DNA of 37,372 bases. It comes from a virus. Taxonomy: Duplodnaviria > Heunggongvirae > Uroviricota > Caudoviricetes. The stretch is from IMG/VR virus record IMGVR_UViG_3300031134_000639. One strand, given 5' to 3'. The stretch's first letter is position 1. The number at the start of each line of letters is the position of its first letter. Positions 33,254 to 37,372 of this stretch are shown piece after piece. A program made the translations under genes and the position numbers. The notes below the pieces were generated by a model. It was not told where the DNA came from. It saw nothing but the letters and a program-made list of their open reading frames with translations, and searched no databases.

Positions 33254-35557
33254 ATGCCCATTTCAGAAAGTTTCCGCAGCAAGATGCGTAAATCTGCGAC
33301 AGTCACTTGTGTGAGCAGCGTTGCATTAGCAGGATTTATGTTCAGCGTACCAGTAGCTAACGCCGCTGAGTACCAAGCAGACACTACTTGGGGTAGCAAC
33401 GGACAGATTAACTTGTCCGAAAACTACTCATCAGTTTACGAGCCTGGTCTAGACAGTGCCAACAACCTATACATCGTTAACAACGCACAAAGCGGTGCTG
33501 GTGTAGACGCACCAGATGGTATCACCAAATACAATGCGCAAGGTCAGATTGATGTTTCATGGGGAGCAAACGGTTTCCTAGAGCTTGCAGACATTGTTGA
33601 CATTCAAGTATTAGGTGACGGTACCATCTACGCTCTAACCGACACAACTGTTAACGTCTACAGCGCAGATGGTGCGCTAGTTTCAAGCTTTGATATTAGT
33701 GACGTTTCAGGCTTAGGCGCAACCAACGTTGCTGTCACACCTGAAGGTGAAATTGTGGTAGCTGTAGCAACACAGATTGACTTCGCAGACACAAACGTTC
33801 TCTACAAGCTGTCAGCGACTGGTGACATTGTAAACGACTTCGGAACCAATGGTCTAGTTAACCTAGGCGCAGGAACACTCAACGATGTTGCAGTCACAGC
33901 TGATGGTAGTATTTACGTTGCTTCCGCTGGTGAGGCACTAGCTAAGTTCTCTGCTGCTGGTATCACTGATGATGGTTTCGTAGCAGACGTAACAAATGCT
34001 GGTACAGAGCTACTAGATCTACAGGCTTCACCCACAGACAACAGTGTTTATGTTAAAGGAAACGCTGCTCTAGTTAAGGTATCTCCTACCGGCGCTCAGG
34101 AGGCATGGAATGATGGTGACGGGTTTGCAGATGCAACCGGAACAGTCTTCGCTCTCAACGCAGCTGGTGACCTGTACGTAGCTAACCAGACTGTTGGCTC
34201 AACATACAGCAAACTAGTTACAGTAGCTGATGTAGCTGCACCAAGCCAGCCTACAAACGTTACTTTCACAAACATTGCTGAACGCAGTGCAACAGTCAAC
34301 TGGGAAGCACCAGTTAACACAGGTGGAAGCGATGTTACAGGCTATGACGTGCAGTACCGTGCTGTTGGCGCAACTGACTGGCTTCTACTTGACACACTTC
34401 CAGGTACCGCAAGGTCTGCTAACCTTACAGGTCTTACAGGCGAAACAGGATACGAAGTTTCTATCACAGCAACTAACGCTACAGGTACAGGTGCTGCTGC
34501 CGGAGCCGTCTTCAACACAGCAGCTGCACAAGCAGACGTTATTACAGCGCCTACTTCTCTAAGTGTTGTATCTGAGCAGTCAGGTCAGGCTACATTCGTG
34601 TGGGCTGCGCCAGCCGTACCTGAAGGTGTTACAATTACCGGCTATGAAGTTCAGTACCGTCTTGACGGTGGTGACACAGCAGTTACAAATAGAACTGTTG
34701 CTGCTAACACCACTGAATTCTCTGCAACAGGCCTTGAGAACTTGAGCAAGTACAACTTCAGTGTTCGCACGCTGACGAGTGCTGGTGCAAGCCAGTTCTC
34801 TCCTGGCGTAGTTATTACCCCATTTGAGTTCGCTCCTGTAGCAAACTACACTGACACTCGTGAAGAAGCAGGAGTGCAGCAGGTTCCTGGAAGCACAATC
34901 AAGCTTACACCTTCAAACGTTAATGATCTGCTCCCTGTTGGCGCAACAGTCAACCTGAAACTTGTTAACGCTGCTGGTGTTGAGACCTTAATTGGCTCAC
35001 AGGTTGTGGGTGCTGATGGTGGTTACGACCTAACCGGTACAATCCCAGCAGATTATGCAACAGGTAACGCTACTTTGCTTGCTGAGGTAGCATTTGAAAA
35101 CAGTGTACGTCAGGCTGTTGAAGAAAGCCTAGTTGTTGTAGCTGCCGAGTCTGCTCCAGACCCTAATGCTCCCGTTGTAGGAGGTAGCGGCGATAATGGT
35201 GGAGTTGCACCTGCTGACAATGGCACCACACCTATTGCATCTGGTGGAGACACTGGTGTGATAGGCGAAAACGGCTCAGCTACCCCCACATACGCCAATT
35301 GTGATGCAGCTATTGCCGATGGTAATGGGAATCTACAGACAACTGACCGTAACCTTGATGGCGATGGCGATGGGATTGGCTGTGAAGTAGCTGGTGGACC
35401 ACAGAACGCATCTGCTCTAGCTTACACCGGTACAGATGGAACCAGTTCACTCATCGGTGCTGGACTCCTTCTTCTTGGTGCTGGTGCTGGTTTAGGCGCT
35501 ATTAGCTTGAAGCGTCGTAAGAAGTATGAAAGCTTCCTACCAAGTAACATTAGCTAA
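33254..35557 (+). CDS. Sortase-anchored cell-surface protein: signal peptide, beta-propeller-like repeats, 2x FN3, Ig-like domain, Excalibur Ca-binding domain, LAYTG anchor
   Basis: Signal peptide ending VANA|A; D-x-[ST]-W/F-G-x-N-G repeats; two FN3 domains (W...P...YDVQYR...YEVSITATN; YEVQYR...YNFSVRT); YANC...DRNLDGDGDGIGCE (35291-35386); LAYTG (35417-35431) followed by a TM segment and KRRKK. Confidence 0.9.
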   Translation: MPISESFRSKMRKSATVTCVSSVALAGFMFSVPVANAAEYQADTTWGSNGQINLSENYSSVYEPGLDSANNLYIVNNAQSGAGVDAPDGITKYNAQGQIDVSWGANGFLELADIVDIQVLGDGTIYALTDTTVNVYSADGALVSSFDISDVSGLGATNVAVTPEGEIVVAVATQIDFADTNVLYKLSATGDIVNDFGTNGLVNLGAGTLNDVAVTADGSIYVASAGEALAKFSAAGITDDGFVADVTNAGTELLDLQASPTDNSVYVKGNAALVKVSPTGAQEAWNDGDGFADATGTVFALNAAGDLYVANQTVGSTYSKLVTVADVAAPSQPTNVTFTNIAERSATVNWEAPVNTGGSDVTGYDVQYRAVGATDWLLLDTLPGTARSANLTGLTGETGYEVSITATNATGTGAAAGAVFNTAAAQADVITAPTSLSVVSEQSGQATFVWAAPAVPEGVTITGYEVQYRLDGGDTAVTNRTVAANTTEFSATGLENLSKYNFSVRTLTSAGASQFSPGVVITPFEFAPVANYTDTREEAGVQQVPGSTIKLTPSNVNDLLPVGATVNLKLVNAAGVETLIGSQVVGADGGYDLTGTIPADYATGNATLLAEVAFENSVRQAVEESLVVVAAESAPDPNAPVVGGSGDNGGVAPADNGTTPIASGGDTGVIGENGSATPTYANCDAAIADGNGNLQTTDRNLDGDGDGIGCEVAGGPQNASALAYTGTDGTSSLIGAGLLLLGAGAGLGAISLKRRKKYESFLPSNIS

Positions 35558-35564
35558 AAAGTAG

Positions 35565-35608
35565 TAAAAGTTGAGGCCCACAAGTTTTCTTGTGGGCCTC
35601 AACTTTTA
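35565..35608. terminator. Bidirectional terminator-like inverted repeat
   Basis: 20-bp arms TAAAAGTTGAGGCCCACAAG, 4-nt loop, between convergent genes. Confidence 0.85.
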
Positions 35609-36277
35609 TGTTAGCGCTACTAACCATTCAATTGGTACATCTTTGATTCCTAAAGCTTCCTTCTCCGTCATACCTCTACCTAGGGCATAGTACGCCTTAG
35701 ATGGGGCAAGACCATTTTCAAGCAAACTAATTGCAGTCTTGAACACTGAATGCTCGTGGCTACTGATACCACTTTCCAGAAGAGGCACCTTGTAGTCTAA
35801 TCTTTTCCGCGCAATATATGGAACAAGAGGAGATAGCTTGACTGCCAGTTGGGGGTCAGCGTCATTTTCAATAAGAAAACTAGCGAGCTTACCCTTGTAT
35901 TCTTCTAGGGCAGTAAAGAACGTTTCTTTATCCACGTTGAAGTAGGTTTTGTTGCTATTTTGTTTAACCTTTGCAGTGGGAGAGACCAGACATGCGCGTA
36001 GGAAATTATGGAAGGGATAGTCTGTGTCATAAAGTTTGTACCCCTGGACAACCTGCTTAAAAGCTATCCCTAGGGTGTGGTTTGCAAACTGGCGAGTTGT
36101 CATGTTGCCGTCAGGCTGAAGGAGCTTTGATACGAGAGTGAGATCGTTGGGGTTGTCGTTTTTCAGTACTTCATACTCTTCTAACCACCCATTGTCAGCA
36201 AAGTACTTGCGTGTCTGATAGATGGACTGCCTGTCAGACTCAGTAAGCTCAGGGGCTTCAAATTTGCGGTTCATCAT
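35606..36277 (-). CDS. Hypothetical protein (leaderless)
   Basis: Start moved to MMNRKF using TGA-TATAAT-N7-ATG; C-terminus KDVPIEWLVAL. Confidence 0.8.
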   Translation of the reverse strand: MMNRKFEAPELTESDRQSIYQTRKYFADNGWLEEYEVLKNDNPNDLTLVSKLLQPDGNMTTRQFANHTLGIAFKQVVQGYKLYDTDYPFHNFLRACLVSPTAKVKQNSNKTYFNVDKETFFTALEEYKGKLASFLIENDADPQLAVKLSPLVPYIARKRLDYKVPLLESGISSHEHSVFKTAISLLENGLAPSKAYYALGRGMTEKEALGIKDVPIEWLVALT

Positions 36278-36335
36278 GTTAGTTATTATATCAGAGGTTA
36301 CACCCGCTGGCAACAGCCCGAGCAGAAAGTTTTCC

Positions 36336-36623
36336 ATGAGCGAGACTAAAAGGCAACCTACAGTTTACAAACATCCAGATATCCGAGAGTTTAATGTTTC
36401 AGCTATTGTTGCGCTAGCGTTAGCGATTATCTACTTATTATCCTCTGGGTTCTTCCTGCTCCTCATTGGAGTTATAATCTTTGGTCACCGTGCTTTGCTT
36501 CAGATGAGAATTGACCCGTACACTAGAGGCAAGGTTATGGCTATCATTGCTTTAACTGTTGCATATGTCTCACTAGGATTAACAGTTATCAGTATACTAG
36601 CTAACTACTTCATACTTTCTTAA
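36336..36623 (+). CDS. Small membrane protein, DUF4190-like
   Basis: NVSAIVALALA...GVIIFGHRALLQMR...RGKVMAIIAL matches the DUF4190 pattern (A..SL...GH.AL.QI....G.G.A..G); GAAAG upstream. Confidence 0.7.
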   Translation: MSETKRQPTVYKHPDIREFNVSAIVALALAIIYLLSSGFFLLLIGVIIFGHRALLQMRIDPYTRGKVMAIIALTVAYVSLGLTVISILANYFILS

Positions 36624-36682
36624 GCATAAATCAAGTGTGGCCCAAGCTAGAAACTAGCTTGGGCCACACTTGATTTATGCTT
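36622..36682. terminator. Longest inverted repeat in the window, between convergent genes
   Basis: Perfect 29-bp arms AAGCATAAATCAAGTGTGGCCCAAGCTAG, loop AAA. Confidence 0.88.
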
Positions 36683-37372
36683 TTATTTGATTATAGAGTC
36701 GTAGTAAATTTCTACCTTGAGGCTCGGGTCGTTAAAACCATCAACAAGACGGGTATTTTTAGTTCCCTGTCCTGCTCTGTCTGTCTTACGTACAGGTGAA
36801 CCTTCCTGAATCATGTTATCAAAGTTGTCCTCAAATTCTTCCATAGCTATTCCTAAGTCGTCTCTACGGGTTTTAGTAGTATCAGAGTAGACTGTGAAGG
36901 AATATGGTGAATCCATTTCAGGGTCGCCTAAGGATTCTCCTGCAACCGTAGCGCGGTAGTTATAGCCGATGATTTGAGCCATCTTTCTAGCTTCAGATTC
37001 GGAGATAGGTCGGTTAGCCTGGAATCGCATGGAGTAAGGCCAGTCGGCGTAGACTCCATCACGTCTACGGTGATAGACTGTACCATCTACCGTGACCTCG
37101 TTTAGCACTTCACCATTTTGTACTCGTGCATCGTCGCTGAGTACTGTAGGCGCAGATGACTGCTCAGGAGCCACATAAATGTCATCAGGTATCTGCCACT
37201 CAGCAAGCTTACTATCTCGTTCACGAATTAGTTCATCCAATTTACGCTCAAATTCATCGCGGATGGCTCTGTTCTGGTCTGCTACATTTGTGGCATGGTC
37301 TAGGCTGCAATTTTTGGTATAACAGTCACTTCCGTCCGTGTGCATGTATGGGGCTTTGCGTTTGCCTGCCAT
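36683..37372 (-). CDS. Hypothetical protein with N-terminal H-C-C-H module (start at the window edge)
   Basis: MHTDGSDCYTKNCSLDH; upstream sequence is not visible, so the start is unconfirmed. Confidence 0.75.
   Translation of the reverse strand: MAGKRKAPYMHTDGSDCYTKNCSLDHATNVADQNRAIRDEFERKLDELIRERDSKLAEWQIPDDIYVAPEQSSAPTVLSDDARVQNGEVLNEVTVDGTVYHRRRDGVYADWPYSMRFQANRPISESEARKMAQIIGYNYRATVAGESLGDPEMDSPYSFTVYSDTTKTRRDDLGIAMEEFEDNFDNMIQEGSPVRKTDRAGQGTKNTRLVDGFNDPSLKVEIYYDSIIK

Larger units (their letters stand above)
1..37372. mobile_element. Segment of a large (probably jumbo) actinobacterial phage or phage-like replicon
   Basis: Adjacent rIIA/rIIB, class Ib nrdE, dense short orphan ORFs with frequent strand switches, paralog expansions and no housekeeping operons. 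The host is inferred from the LAxTG signal, leaderless genes and pilin type. Confidence 0.8.

Noticed and set aside
1020-35298. Numerous antisense or off-frame ORFs in the track (e.g. 2666-3193, 4290-4793, 19608-19874, 29672-31258, 32498-32911, 34096-34320)
   Set aside because: They lie inside well-supported genes, have no motifs, SD or promoter, and are expected shadows of biased codon usage
36335-36338. Divergent genes apparently sharing a CATG palindrome as both start codons
   Set aside because: The minus gene has a TGA-TATAAT box 7 nt before ATG 36277, so its real start is probably 60 nt downstream and the overlap is an ORF-caller artefact
1-37372. tRNA, rRNA, integrase, transposase, intein or intron
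   Set aside because: No cloverleaf or T-loop motifs, recombinase or DDE motifs, or splicing signatures were seen; intergenic gaps are short and explained by promoters and terminators

Overview
This window is a 37 kb segment of a large, probably jumbo, phage or phage-like replicon infecting an actinobacterium. The phage call rests on adjacent rIIA/rIIB, a class Ib nrdE and dense small orphan ORFs. The host call rests on an LAxTG sortase signal, actinobacterial-type pilins and many leaderless genes. No tRNA, rRNA, CRISPR array, integrase or virion structural gene was recognised. The main signals are: (1) four type IV prepilins, a sortase-anchored FN3/Excalibur surface protein, a MinD/CpaE-like ATPase and several membrane proteins, most preceded by a shared CCGATA motif resembling a sigma28 -10 box, which suggests a co-regulated host-surface remodelling system; (2) an unrecognised family of 8 paralogs with a conserved HxHD...C...Hx4H signature; (3) three unrelated proteins sharing an N-terminal H-C-C-H module, two of them with an identical upstream motif; (4) a tandem 2OG-Fe(II) dioxygenase; (5) 13 long inverted repeats acting as probable terminators. 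All annotations come from reading motifs by eye; no database searches were run. Many start codons were moved from the ORF track using promoter and SD evidence.
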